NCBI GenBank assembly: GCA_949358305.1
Contig: OX442314.1
Coordinates: forward strand, 3,720,001-3,784,000
Direction: 5' to 3'
DNA length: 64,000 nucleotides
Origin: Strigamia acuminata
Lineage: Eukaryota
The notes under the pieces were generated by a model. It saw only the letters and a list, made by a program, of their open reading frames with translations, was not told the origin of the DNA and searched no databases. Every line of letters begins with the position of its first letter. Within the stretch, counting starts at the first letter, position 1. A program made the translations under genes and the position numbers. This document shows, in pieces, positions 53,970 through 64,000 of the stretch.

Positions 53970-56900
53970 TTATCGCTCTCCTCTGCGAAGAGCCGGCAGC
54001 ACTCCTCTGCATGGGCGGAGGATCACTGGTGGCACTGCCGGGGGCGGCGGTGGTAAATCCGGGGGCAGAGAGGTTGTCAGATCCGCAGGATTCTGTCGCT
54101 CGTTGATGAAGTACTGCGGGTGACCGCCGACCGGCTCGCCAATCAGTCCCGTACGTTCGTGGATCCAAATCCGGGTGGATGCCGGGAATCGGTCGGGAAC
54201 GAGCCGGATCCTTCGCGACTCGGCGCTCGATCCGGGTTTCCGGTGGGCTCGCAAGATTCGGCGATGGAAGACGGCGTCCATGGTAGATCGGGCCTCTCTG
54301 TTCAGCCATTTGAGGACCGACTCGCCGTGATCATCGGAGTCAATGATGCGTTGTCGCGTGAACTCCGACATCTGAAGGAAGGGGTATTCCACTCCTAGCC
54401 TCAAATAAAGCTGCGCTGCTGGGGGCAGCGGAGGCGATGGAGGAAGTGGAATCTCCATTGGACTCTCCAACGGTGGCGTAGCCGGCTCTGTTGTAAGAGC
54501 GGCCAGCTCTGCCGCTGGTGGCGAAGGAGAGGGCAGCGGAGGAGTTCGCGGTCCTCGGTTGGAGCGCTTCGGAATCAATTTGGGTCGATTCGCATACCGC
54601 TTCTCCTTTGGGAATACCGGCTTTGGGGTCGGTATGTATGGTTGGACCGCCGCCTCTGGGGGGGCGGTCTCGATGGCCTGTGGGAGGCTCGCTGTCGTTC
54701 CCGGTATCTCCGGAGCCTCCCGAATTGTTCGCAACAAGGAAGGGTGGACTCCGGGGTTCCGGTAGCGGAATGCCAACGAACGCATCTTCGAAAACTGCAG
54801 GCCTGGGTTCTCCGTATTCCTGGCCAGGTCGAAGCGCAGCGAGGCGGGCTCAGGAGTCCATCCGGCCCATACCTGGTACAACGCCCGAGGAAGGTGAACT
54901 CCCTCACGGTCGACGATTGTCCAGGCCGCCATAGCCTGCCGACTGTCCAAGAAGACGCCCAGGGACAGCAGCTGGGCCATGACGTTCGTCACTGCCAAAT
55001 TCAAACCGCTCCGATGGCAGGGGTGAGCGCGGTCCGGATTGCCACTGAATTGTTGTGACAGCGTCCGCATCTGTTCGATCGCCCAATTGATGTGGTGGGT
55101 TTGGGCGGCGTCGGCCTGTCGTATGGCCAACTCGGCAATCGCGGGGTTCTCGTATTCGGCCAGATATTCTTGTAGCTCGCTGAGTGGGGGATAGGCCGCT
55201 TCACGCCGGCATCGAGCGTCCATCTCTCGCTGGGCGTACCATTCGGCGTTGCGATAAGGTCGACACACTCGTGGCGTTGGGGGTGACGGTGGACGGCCCA
55301 GCCCGGGTAGATTATCGTATCTGACCCGCTTCGGAGCTGGATCCCCCACCGGAATCATCCGGGGAGGGGTCCAAGCGGTCACGGCTGGGTTTGTACCCTC
55401 GAGGAGTGGCGGCCATCGCGATTGCACTTGTGGGGGCACAAGCGCGGTGGGCACAGCCGGTGTTGAGCCCGACGGCCGGTTGGCCGCGTATCCTCGGAAG
55501 GCGTTCTTCAATGCTACGGCCAGATCCTGTTTTGTAACCGGCCCATCTTTGTCCGACTCATCTGGGGACATTTGCTCTTCCGTCAACTCTCCCAAATCAA
55601 TCTCTGCTTGGCGCCTGGACGGTCCAGCCGTGGGTCCGAGACTCTGGGGTTCGGACCGTTTCGCGGCGGCCATCTCTCGCTCCTTCTCTAATCCCTTAGC
55701 TATCAGGGATTGTGCTCGCAACTTCTGACGTACTTTGCGCTTTCGATTCCTCCGGGTGCTGGCTGCGACGGATCTTCGTTGGGCCGTCCTCTGGGGGACG
55801 TCCGTCGGAGAATTCGGTCTCTGGTGTGATGAGACGGTTCGTCGCGACGAGGATTGATCTGACGACTGTGTGGTAATCGCCATGAACAACGAGGATCTTT
55901 TCTTTCCTCGATCTTGGTGTGTCTCGGTCCTCGCAGCCCAGTGGGCGGAAGATTCGACTGTTCGCTCAGCCCGCGCGTCGTCTGGCGAGGCAGGCTCGAG
56001 CGTTACTACTCGGCGACACTCCGAGCGCACGACAACTCGAGTTCGGGAACTGGAGCTGCTCGAGCGGCTGCGGTAGTCGCGGCTCGTTGACGGGCCGGCC
56101 TCTATTGGGGAGACGGCCTGTCTTCTTCGTGCGGGTCCGCGTGGGGCGGACTCCGCCGGACGCTTCGATCTTCTGTGATGGCGGCGGCTTCCCAGGATAC
56201 CAGCGTGGTATAACTGCCACATCTCAGACTGCGTGGCCGTAAAATTCGCCGGCGGTATCCATCTGGGTGTCAGATGATCTTCTTCGATGTCGCGAAGCCA
56301 TCTACGGATTTCTTCGGGGGAGAAACCGTTTCTCTCGAGAACTCGGGTTACTCCGTGAGTCTCGGTGCGCTTTAAGCGTTTGATCTCGTCGTCCACTATT
56401 CTCTGGCGGGCTGCCAAGGTCGGGGCCTCGCTCCACCTATGGGAGGTGTGCAGCTCGGCCACCGTGCCTGGGTAAGCCTCTTCCAGGTACCCGGAGTAAA
56501 CGGGGCTCGGCGGATCCGCATCGGGTGGGATCCGCGGCCCCACTCGCTCCCTCATCTCCTTCGTCATGCACTCGACCAGCGTTTTTGATCGCTCGAATTT
56601 TTCCTCGAGGGTCCTGGAATACATCAATCGGATTTTCCAGGCGCTGGTCTCTGCAGGATAGGCCTGCCGCAGGTAAATCGGCAGGGCTCCGCGAAAGATG
56701 TTGTTGGCGGTTGACGCCGTCGGAGGCAGGGCGTCCCACGATTCTAGCGGGTCGACCTGAATAATTTTAGATCACAAGATTAATATAATAAATCCCAGTT
56801 AACGATGGGGATCAGAAATATGCTCAAGATCGACGGTGGCAGCAACTCCTTTCTTTTGTTGCGGCCGTCGGTCTTATTTTCTTGTTTCGCAGTTCTGCGA

Positions 56901-57434
56901 TGATCTCCGCCGTCGTAGCGCTGATCCAACACTACTTTTGAACTCAGGTGATCCGCTTTTTTGGAAGGGGTCGCAGGCAAAACCGATCGTTAAATTTTAA
57001 TTTCTTACGCTAAACTTTTTTATTTTAACTCTAATCGTATTTTAATTTATTACGATGTTTAAATTTAAAAGAAAGAAAACCTTTAGTTTTGGTTTTGGTT
57101 TGCCACGACGCCATTCCGCGAACACTTCCTTTGTTCTAGTTTTTTGGCGGCCTTGACTCCGAGGTGAATCTGGGTCCACTCTCGGGTTTTTAGCCAGCCT
57201 TAAATCAACAATAAAACAGAAAGAAATATATCAGTCACAAGTCACGCTCCAATCTGGGTTGGATGCAACAGATTCAAAGAATTATGTGATTTCTCTGGGG
57301 AAATCACACTAATTTACCTGCAACGGCGGTTGTTCGTCCCAATTCTCATCTTCTTCTGCATTTACGATTAGGCCGTCGCTCTCGTCTCTCGACGATGCGC
57401 TCGGCTCTAATCGTGGGTTGCGTCGATCGGCCAT
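53970..57434 (-). CDS. Predicted spliced ORF3, ~967 aa, non-Env, function unknown: exon 1 57434-57318, exon 2 56756-53970
   Basis: The 885-aa ORF stays open 43 codons further upstream to ttattcag|GTC. An upstream 39-codon exon (aaaATGG; MADRRNPRLEPS...PPLQ) ends at CAG|GTAAAT. Both junctions are phase 0. Confidence 0.75.
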
Positions 57435-57814
57435 TTCAATTTAGGAAAATGAAGTTTTGTTTGAGAGGTCTTTGTCTTTCTCTTTGGGGGAGAAGCAAAA
57501 ACACGTCTCGTCGTGTTAAAAACAGTCGGAAACTGGGCCTATCGACGCTGAGAATTGTGGGTCTCGAACGCGTCTCGTATTTTGCGAGATCCGCCGTGCT
57601 GGCAATGACGCTACGGGGTCGACCGCGTGGTTTCGTTGTCACGTGGTCGCCCGCTACGTCATAACTTCTCGTCTGTTAGTGGTGACTGCGACAATTCGTT
57701 GCGAAGTTTGGATTTAGCTAATTTTTCGCGTCTCAACATGTGCAGCAGCTCTCGTAAGTAAATCTTTTTATTTTACAAGGCCTCCGCTCCATGTTATCAC
57801 ATTTTCTTTTATTT

Positions 57815-60800
57815 TTAGTTCTTCCCCACGACTTTGCCGTCCCGAATGAACGGATTATTGCTTCGTCGTGGTCGAAGGTTGATTTTCGACGTGCTCGTAG
57901 ATCGTGACTCTACTTGCTCGTTCATCTCCGATGTGTTGGCATTTTTCTCATTACTAATTTTTTTATTTTCCATTTCAGAAGTACTTTCTTCTGCTTCCTC
58001 CCTCTCCGAAATTGCTTGCTCCGGCTGTGCTGGAGCCTCGTCGGCCGGAGATTCGGCGTCGAAGAATTCATCCTCGTCCTCCGCTATATTTTCAGCTTCA
58101 TTTGTTTTTTGGAACGTGTCGACCACGGTGCCCCCTTGGCCGCTGTGTGTCTGACCTTCCAGCCAGATTTCTTGGGGAAACTCTGGCAGATATGGCCTTA
58201 AATCTCGGCCATGTATCGACTGAAAATTTTTGTTGTCCTCTAAGCGGCGTAGTTGGTATGCGTTGCCGCCGTGTTCGGCCACAATTACATAGGGACCGTC
58301 CCTCTTGTCGGCTAAACCTGCGGCGATGCCCCTCGCTGCATTGGACAACGTGTGTGCCTCCTTCCACACTAGATCATTCACTTTAAAGTTCGCGAAAGCG
58401 AGATCGCCTTCTTTATCTGCGATTCTTTCTCTCATGTTGAAAATATGCGCCATCATATGCTGGTATGTGTCGGATATAGTCTGTTCCAACCGGCACACGT
58501 ACTCGTGTGGGCTCGATGGGTCTAATACGTTAACAGCTTCGGCAACGCGTGGGTCCCATGGCATCCTTAATTCGCGGGCGAAGTTGAGGTACGCCGGTGA
58601 GAATTCGCGTGTTCTTGACACGGTTGAGCGAATGCTGAAAGCGATTTCTCGCAGGTATTCGTCCCATCGATTGTGAATATCGGTGAATACTGTCAGCGCA
58701 TATTTTATGTCTTTATTTAATCTCTCGACTGGGTTTGTCTGAGGATTATACGTGGAGGTGTTTGATGCATCCATTTTAAATTTTCTACAGAAGTCCTTAT
58801 ATATTCTCGATCGGAATTGGGGCCCGTTATCCGAAATGAGTTTTCTGGGAAACCCAAATCGCATTGCCACGTCGTAAAGGCACTCGACTATGTTTTCAGC
58901 CGAGGGCTTCGCGAAGGCGTACAGCTCCGGCCATCGGGTGGCCACGTCCATAATTACGAGAATATACATGTTCTTGTTTCCCGTTGTGGGCTTGGGGCCC
59001 ATCAAGTCTATGCTTAAGCAGTCAAACGGTGCGTAGGGTCCGAGAGACATGGCGTTTCTGGCCACTTTATCTCGCGGTCTGCACGCTTGGCACCGGGGGC
59101 AGTGTCGGATAAATTTCGTTATCTTTTGCCGCGCGCCCGGCCAGAAGAAAAGTTGTTTTACTCGATAAAGGGTCCTCGCCACGCCAGAATGGCTGGCGAG
59201 CGGGTGTCCGTGCATCAGCCACAACAGTCGGGTGTGCAGCGATGCCGGCACGACCACTTTAACCGAGTTTCCCGCTCCGCTGAGGTCATCTTGAAACGTC
59301 GGGTGGTATTTTACCAGGAGTTCATCATCTATGAGGTAGCTTGTTGCTTCTTTGACGAACTGTTTCCGGCGGTGTGGGTTTGTCATCCCTTCCGGAAATT
59401 CGCCGTTCAGCAAATATTGCGTTATAATTTGACATTTTGTGTCTGCTGCCTGGTGTTCGACGAACTCACGTCTCGTGGGTGGAGCGTATTGTGTTTTTTC
59501 TTCAATTTTTGCTGTGAAGGCGCGTAGTAGTGTTTTGTGGGTTTCTCCGGGGGGCGGAGATTGAATTTCGGATGTTGAATTGTTTGTCCCAGCTGGCTGG
59601 TATGTTCGAGTCCAAAAACCACAAAACGTTCTATCTTCAGGCTCCATCACTGGTAGCTCGTTCGCCTTTCGCAAACGCCATATTCTCCGTGGAGTCGGGC
59701 AGTACAAGAGGTGGGTGTCGTCCTCGCCGTCGTCGTCTGGTCCCTGGGGGTCAGAGGCTGGGGCTCTCGAGAGGGCGTCGGCCACATGATTGTACTTCCC
59801 GGGGCGGTACGTAATTGTTATATCGCACGCCATTAACTCCAGTTGCCATCGTGCGAGTCGGCCGGAGGGTTCCTTGAGCTTCATCAACCAGCTTAGTGCC
59901 TGGTGATCTGTCTGAACCTCGAAGTTCGTGTACTCCAGATAGTCGCGAAATTTCCGAACTGCCCAAATTACGGCTAGGCATTCTAGTTCCGTTGCCGTAT
60001 AATTTTTCTCCGCGCCCTGTATTTTTCTGCTTATAAACATACAGGGTACTTCTTGCGAGATTCCGTTGTACACGTGGGTCTGCAGAAGGGCTGCACCCAG
60101 TCCGATTTTACTCGCGTCGGTGTGCAACACGAACGGTCGGTTTAGGTCCGGCAATGGCATCTTTTCGACGTCAGCCAGCATTTGCTTGATAGTGCTAAAT
60201 GCGGCCTCGCACTGGACCGTCCACTCAAACTCTTTATCCGTTCGTAAGAGATCCGTTATAGGCGCGGCCACTTCAGCCAGACCAGAGAGTAGTCGGCCGA
60301 AGAAATTGACCATGCCCATGAATCTCTGGACACCTTTTATATCTTCGGGGGCGGGGAATCCGTTTATTGCTTTGACTTTTTCGGGGTCAATCGCGATTCC
60401 CTCGACTCCTATTCGATATCCTAGGAAGGCAAGCTCTTTCCTGCAAAACTTGCTCTTCCCTGGATGGATGTGGAGTCCTGCCTTGGCTAGGCGAGAGACC
60501 ACTCTATCGATGTGGTCTATATGTTCTTCGAATGTGTCCGACGTTATTATGATGTCGTCGAGATACGCCCACACGAAGTCGTGCAGCATATCTCCCAACA
60601 CGCTTTCGATCAGTTTCTGGAACGTGCTCGGGGCGTTTACAAGCCCGAACGGCATCACGTTGAACATTAGTCTTCCTATCGGGGAGTAGAAAGCCGTTTT
60701 CAGTTTGTCTTCGGGTTTTAGCTCCACTTGCCAATACCCCTTTGACAGGTCCATGGTGGTTACCCACTTGAACGGGCTCAGTTCCCGGAGGATCGAGTCT

Positions 60801-61951
60801 ATAGACGGCATCTGAATCGGGTCTATAACCGTTATCGCGTTCAGGGGGCGATAATCAATGCATAGTCGAGGTTCCGAGCCTGGACGCATCACCAGGACGA
60901 TCCGCATGGCGTATTCGCCCAGGGCTTGCGTTACTATGCCCTTGTCGAGCATGTCTTGGCACATTTGCGTCACGATGTCTCTTTTCTGGGGGTTCATCCC
61001 CTTGTAAGGCACTCGAATCGGCTTGTCTGTGGTTAAGACTATTTCGTGTGTTGCTTCCGTCGTTCGACCAGGTGTCTTGGTCAGAATTCTTTCATGCTTT
61101 CGAAGCACTCGCCTTAGTAGCGATGCCTCGTTAACACGCAGTGCTGCCTCCCCGACCAGGGTGTCCACGACGTTACTCCTCTGTAATTCCAGAGTGAAGG
61201 CTGCGAAATCGTAATCTTGGACGAATTTTCGCAATCCTCTTCCGTATTCCTCTTTGTCCTTGGCTTCGTCCAGTAATTTTTGGGGAACTACGGGGACTGA
61301 CCGTTCTCCCTCGGGACTTATCCAGTTCCATGAACGGGTTATCGGGTTTGGCTGAATTTTCAGTTTCGCCATGATGTCCATCCCTAGGAGGAATACTTTG
61401 TCGTGGGATGGCAAGACTATGAAGGGGTGGGACAGGTTCCCCCCCGTCCAGTCGATCATGATGCGAACTACGCCCTTCGGCTTGACGTAGCCGTTGGCGG
61501 TGAGCAATTCTACGTTCGCGTTCACTTGTGCCACCTTCTTTCCAATATCCAAGTCTTTTACTATATCTTCGGATATGAATGAACGATCCGCTCCTGAATC
61601 CAGTAGACCGAACAATTTTTGGTTTTCTATCTCCACTGGCAGCATACACAGAGTTTCGCAATGTGCTTTCGTGACATTGCAGTGAAATACGCGTAATGTC
61701 TGGGGCTCAACCTCCAGATTGAACGGAAGGTCCGTCCAATCCATGTCGACCTCCGGTTTCGTTCTCACTTGCATACTCGTTAACGTCACTTTTTCCTCCT
61801 TCTTCGGAACGATCTGTATGCGGTCTTTGATCTGTGCCTCTGCCAAGGCATGACCTGCGGGTCCAGTGTGATATTTCTTCTTTTTAATTTCCGCGGCTGG
61901 CGCAGACGAAGCTGAATTTATTCCGGCGACGCCTGCGCTTGGAAGTTTTTT
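57815..61951 (-). CDS. Gypsy Pol (PR-RT-RH-IN), expressed by -1 frameshift
   Basis: LLDSGAD, YLDD, LHTDAS, HHCC, IDLMGP, ISDNG, NPVER, GPY; the frame is open back to the slippery site. Confidence 0.95.
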   Translation of the reverse strand, partial: KKLPSAGVAGINSASSAPAAEIKKKKYHTGPAGHALAEAQIKDRIQIVPKKEEKVTLTSMQVRTKPEVDMDWTDLPFNLEVEPQTLRVFHCNVTKAHCETLCMLPVEIENQKLFGLLDSGADRSFISEDIVKDLDIGKKVAQVNANVELLTANGYVKPKGVVRIMIDWTGGNLSHPFIVLPSHDKVFLLGMDIMAKLKIQPNPITRSWNWISPEGERSVPVVPQKLLDEAKDKEEYGRGLRKFVQDYDFAAFTLELQRSNVVDTLVGEAALRVNEASLLRRVLRKHERILTKTPGRTTEATHEIVLTTDKPIRVPYKGMNPQKRDIVTQMCQDMLDKGIVTQALGEYAMRIVLVMRPGSEPRLCIDYRPLNAITVIDPIQMPSIDSILRELSPFKWVTTMDLSKGYWQVELKPEDKLKTAFYSPIGRLMFNVMPFGLVNAPSTFQKLIESVLGDMLHDFVWAYLDDIIITSDTFEEHIDHIDRVVSRLAKAGLHIHPGKSKFCRKELAFLGYRIGVEGIAIDPEKVKAINGFPAPEDIKGVQRFMGMVNFFGRLLSGLAEVAAPITDLLRTDKEFEWTVQCEAAFSTIKQMLADVEKMPLPDLNRPFVLHTDASKIGLGAALLQTHVYNGISQEVPCMFISRKIQGAEKNYTATELECLAVIWAVRKFRDYLEYTNFEVQTDHQALSWLMKLKEPSGRLARWQLELMACDITITYRPGKYNHVADALSRAPASDPQGPDDDGEDDTHLLYCPTPRRIWRLRKANELPVMEPEDRTFCGFWTRTYQPAGTNNSTSEIQSPPPGETHKTLLRAFTAKIEEKTQYAPPTRREFVEHQAADTKCQIITQYLLNGEFPEGMTNPHRRKQFVKEATSYLIDDELLVKYHPTFQDDLSGAGNSVKVVVPASLHTRLLWLMHGHPLASHSGVARTLYRVKQLFFWPGARQKITKFIRHCPRCQACRPRDKVARNAMSLGPYAPFDCLSIDLMGPKPTTGNKNMYILVIMDVATRWPELYAFAKPSAENIVECLYDVAMRFGFPRKLISDNGPQFRSRIYKDFCRKFKMDASNTSTYNPQTNPVERLNKDIKYALTVFTDIHNRWDEYLREIAFSIRSTVSRTREFSPAYLNFARELRMPWDPRVAEAVNVLDPSSPHEYVCRLEQTISDTYQHMMAHIFNMRERIADKEGDLAFANFKVNDLVWKEAHTLSNAARGIAAGLADKRDGPYVIVAEHGGNAYQLRRLEDNKNFQSIHGRDLRPYLPEFPQEIWLEGQTHSGQGGTVVDTFQKTNEAENIAEDEDEFFDAESPADEAPAQPEQAISEREEAEESTSEMENKKISNEKNANTSEMNEQVESRSTSTSKINLRPRRSNNPFIRDGKVVGKN
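61900..61951 (-). promoter_or_regulatory. -1 programmed ribosomal frameshift signal
   Basis: A_AAA_AAC in the gag frame (61951-61945), a 6-nt spacer, then stem gcgcaggcg/cgtctgcgc; the -1 frame joins pol. Confidence 0.85.
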
Positions 61952-63999
61952 GCCAGATCAGTTCTTAACTCCATCATCATTTTCATCATGGTTTGCATGA
62001 TGTCCTTTTCTTTGACGGTTTTCTCACATTTATCTGAGTAGTGGCCGTATTCTCCACAGCTGTAACATTTGATGTTACTTTTATCCCCTGTGGGAGTGAA
62101 TCCCGGTTTTTTCGGGACGAAGGGCGTCGGGAATCGTCTTTTTCCTCCCAATGCTCCTCTCGCTTTTGTTGCTTGCACGTGTGCTCTGAATTGTGTGATT
62201 GCCAAGGCCCGGTGTGCATGGTGCAAATAGGGACCTTGATCGTCGCATCCCGTCGATAAGTTTTCGAGGTGCTCATTTAGGGCTTCCTCGTCGCTCGATG
62301 CTGGCTCCTCTTCTTTAGCCGTGGCGAGAGGTGTTGTCTCTTCGACTTTCTCCATCTGGGTGGAGTCCGTCGAGGTCACCTGCATCGCCGTCGCTGCCGG
62401 TGCTTTCTTTGGGGCAGCTATCGGGTTGGCTGGAAGAATACTGCCTGCTTTAGGCGTCAGCATTCGTCCGAAGGATGCTTCGGTGAGACTCATTATGCCG
62501 CTCAAATATTCACTTGGCCTCATTAATTTTTCTGAGGTCTTGTGGCGTTCGGCGCTCGTCTGCAACCGCTTCTCGTGCGCGTCAGCTTCTTCCGGGGGCA
62601 GAGTGGCGTAATACCGCTGTTCTATTTCTAACGTGTTTGTTAGAAGATAGTTACTGACATCTTGGTAATCGCCAGTGCGGGGTGCACGCATGTCTAGCAG
62701 AATTCTTTGCGAGTGGGCCGATAATCCTCCGTAAAAGATCATCGTAAAACCAGCGGGGTTTATTTCGTACGGCGCTCTTGCAAACAGGAGTTTCGCTCGG
62801 GCGTCGTAGTCGGCTAATGTTTCTCCTGGGGCTTGTCGTAGACCCCGTAATTTGTTACTGATCTCGTCTGGAGTCTCGCCGTATCGGAGATCGAAACGGA
62901 CGAGAAAATCGTCCCAGGTTGGGTTTTTCAGTCCCTGGTACCATTCTCGAGCTGACCCCGTAGTTAGCTCCACTAGCCCGTGGGTTAGCATGTCGGCGAC
63001 GGTGGCTTTTGTCGCTTTCTTGATACGCATTACTTCGTCCAGGAAGCGGTCTCCGGCCTTCCACGAACCGTCAAATCGCGTTTGAATATAGTGTTGCCAG
63101 CGGATGTTACCCGTGGCTTCACTGCTTGGTTCGTTTCGTACGCCATATTTGCGCTTAACCCTCTCTCCAGCGCGATTATGTTCGTCGCCTGGATGGCCTA
63201 GATCGATTCCTTCTCTTCTGAAAGAGTTCAGCAGGGCTCGGCCTAGCTCAGACATCGTGTAATGTCGGCCAGATGAGTCCTGAAAGTTCCCTTCCTCTGA
63301 ACGAGGGTTGGAGCTCCGGGAAGAGCGGTCTGAAGCATTCGGCCGGTTCGACCGGTGCCCATCGCTGCCTTCTTGACTCCTTCCTGTAGACGGTCGACTC
63401 GGATGGTCGTCGTCCGACGAATCGGAGGGCTCGGAGGGATCTCCTTGGGGGTGAAACCTCGGCCCTCTCGGTGGGGTCTCTCCGCCAGCCTTCTTCTGTT
63501 TCGAGCCTTCGGATGGCGGCGGCTCCCCTCCGTCGTTGTTCTCGCAAAAAGAATGCCATCTGTTTTCCTCGCTCTCGGGGCGTTCCCGATTTTTATTTGC
63601 GTTTTTCTTTTCGAGTAACGCGTCGATGGCTGCTCCCGTCTCGGATCTTTTTGAGGGGTGACGGTCCTTTGTTTTTGGGACCGATCCGTCTCTCTTTTGA
63701 GATTTCCCCCTTTTTGCCGTTTTTGCCGGCTTTGCTGCATCTTCTCCTGTGTCGGTATCAGAGCCGCTTGGGGGTTCTGACTTCCGTTTCGGGTTTTCTT
63801 CCCTTTTCTTCCTGCCCGAGACACCTTGTTCGTACTCTTTTTGGAACTTTTCTGTTTCTTTCTCCCAGTTTTCGGCTTCCCATCTTTTTTGCTCATCTAT
63901 TATGGCTTGTTCCTTTGCTTTGTACTCTTCGGTCCATCTGACTCGGTCCCATTCCTCTTTCTCTTTCAGGAACTGTTCCTTTTCTTTTCTGGCTTCCTC
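61918..63999 (-). CDS. Gypsy Gag, 5'-partial (>=690 codons)
   Basis: The frame upstream of M63255 is stop-free to the window edge (E/K coiled coil, G/P/D/S linker); capsid-like domain; CCHC CYSCGEYGHYSDKC. Confidence 0.9.
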   Translation of the reverse strand, partial: EEARKEKEQFLKEKEEWDRVRWTEEYKAKEQAIIDEQKRWEAENWEKETEKFQKEYEQGVSGRKKREENPKRKSEPPSGSDTDTGEDAAKPAKTAKRGKSQKRDGSVPKTKDRHPSKRSETGAAIDALLEKKNANKNRERPESEENRWHSFCENNDGGEPPPSEGSKQKKAGGETPPRGPRFHPQGDPSEPSDSSDDDHPSRPSTGRSQEGSDGHRSNRPNASDRSSRSSNPRSEEGNFQDSSGRHYTMSELGRALLNSFRREGIDLGHPGDEHNRAGERVKRKYGVRNEPSSEATGNIRWQHYIQTRFDGSWKAGDRFLDEVMRIKKATKATVADMLTHGLVELTTGSAREWYQGLKNPTWDDFLVRFDLRYGETPDEISNKLRGLRQAPGETLADYDARAKLLFARAPYEINPAGFTMIFYGGLSAHSQRILLDMRAPRTGDYQDVSNYLLTNTLEIEQRYYATLPPEEADAHEKRLQTSAERHKTSEKLMRPSEYLSGIMSLTEASFGRMLTPKAGSILPANPIAAPKKAPAATAMQVTSTDSTQMEKVEETTPLATAKEEEPASSDEEALNEHLENLSTGCDDQGPYLHHAHRALAITQFRAHVQATKARGALGGKRRFPTPFVPKKPGFTPTGDKSNIKCYSCGEYGHYSDKCEKTVKEKDIMQTMMKMMMELRTDLAKNFQAQASPE

Positions 64000-64000
64000 T

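Larger units (their letters stand above)
53106..64000 (-). mobile_element. Gypsy retrotransposon with gag, pol and an extra 3' gene; 3' LTR 53106-53925; 5' end beyond the window
   Basis: PPT gctggaggagggacg precedes TGTGGTGACC...GGACGCGACA; the LTR is homologous to solo LTR 3212-4038. Confidence 0.93.

Noticed and set aside
53970..56627. Calling ORF3 an envelope gene
   Set aside because: No signal peptide, transmembrane helix or Cys-rich ectodomain is visible.
63243..63896. 217-aa basic ORF suggesting a frameshifted gag
   Set aside because: The true gag frame is open to the window edge; this is an overlapping alternative frame of low-complexity sequence.

Overview
Eukaryotic, AT-rich invertebrate (probably arthropod) DNA with short GT-AG introns and TATA/Inr promoters, dominated by nested LTR retrotransposons and local segmental duplications. 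The elements are: an intact Ty1/Copia (13421-18178) inside the 5' LTR of an mdg3/micropia-type Gypsy whose two LTRs do not match (13391-23689); an intact BEL/Pao (31413-37769); and a three-level nest at 42982-64000. That nest runs from a tRNA-Pro Gypsy to a tRNA-Gln element with a 1.9-kb LTR, then to a minus-strand Gypsy with a -1 frameshift and a predicted spliced ~967-aa non-Env third gene. Solo LTRs and several MITEs are also present. Two host-like gene families that the ORF track misses or fragments lie between the elements. (1) A six-exon family of secreted Cys-rich proteins has four copies; by manual codon comparison, its exon 5 differs between two recent copies by 16 substitutions, all amino-acid changing, while the adjacent intron is nearly identical. 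(2) An intronless >500-aa protein family with an N-terminal BC-box/Cullin-box-like motif is present as a head-to-head pair plus fragments. All calls come from manual reading; no database searches were run.
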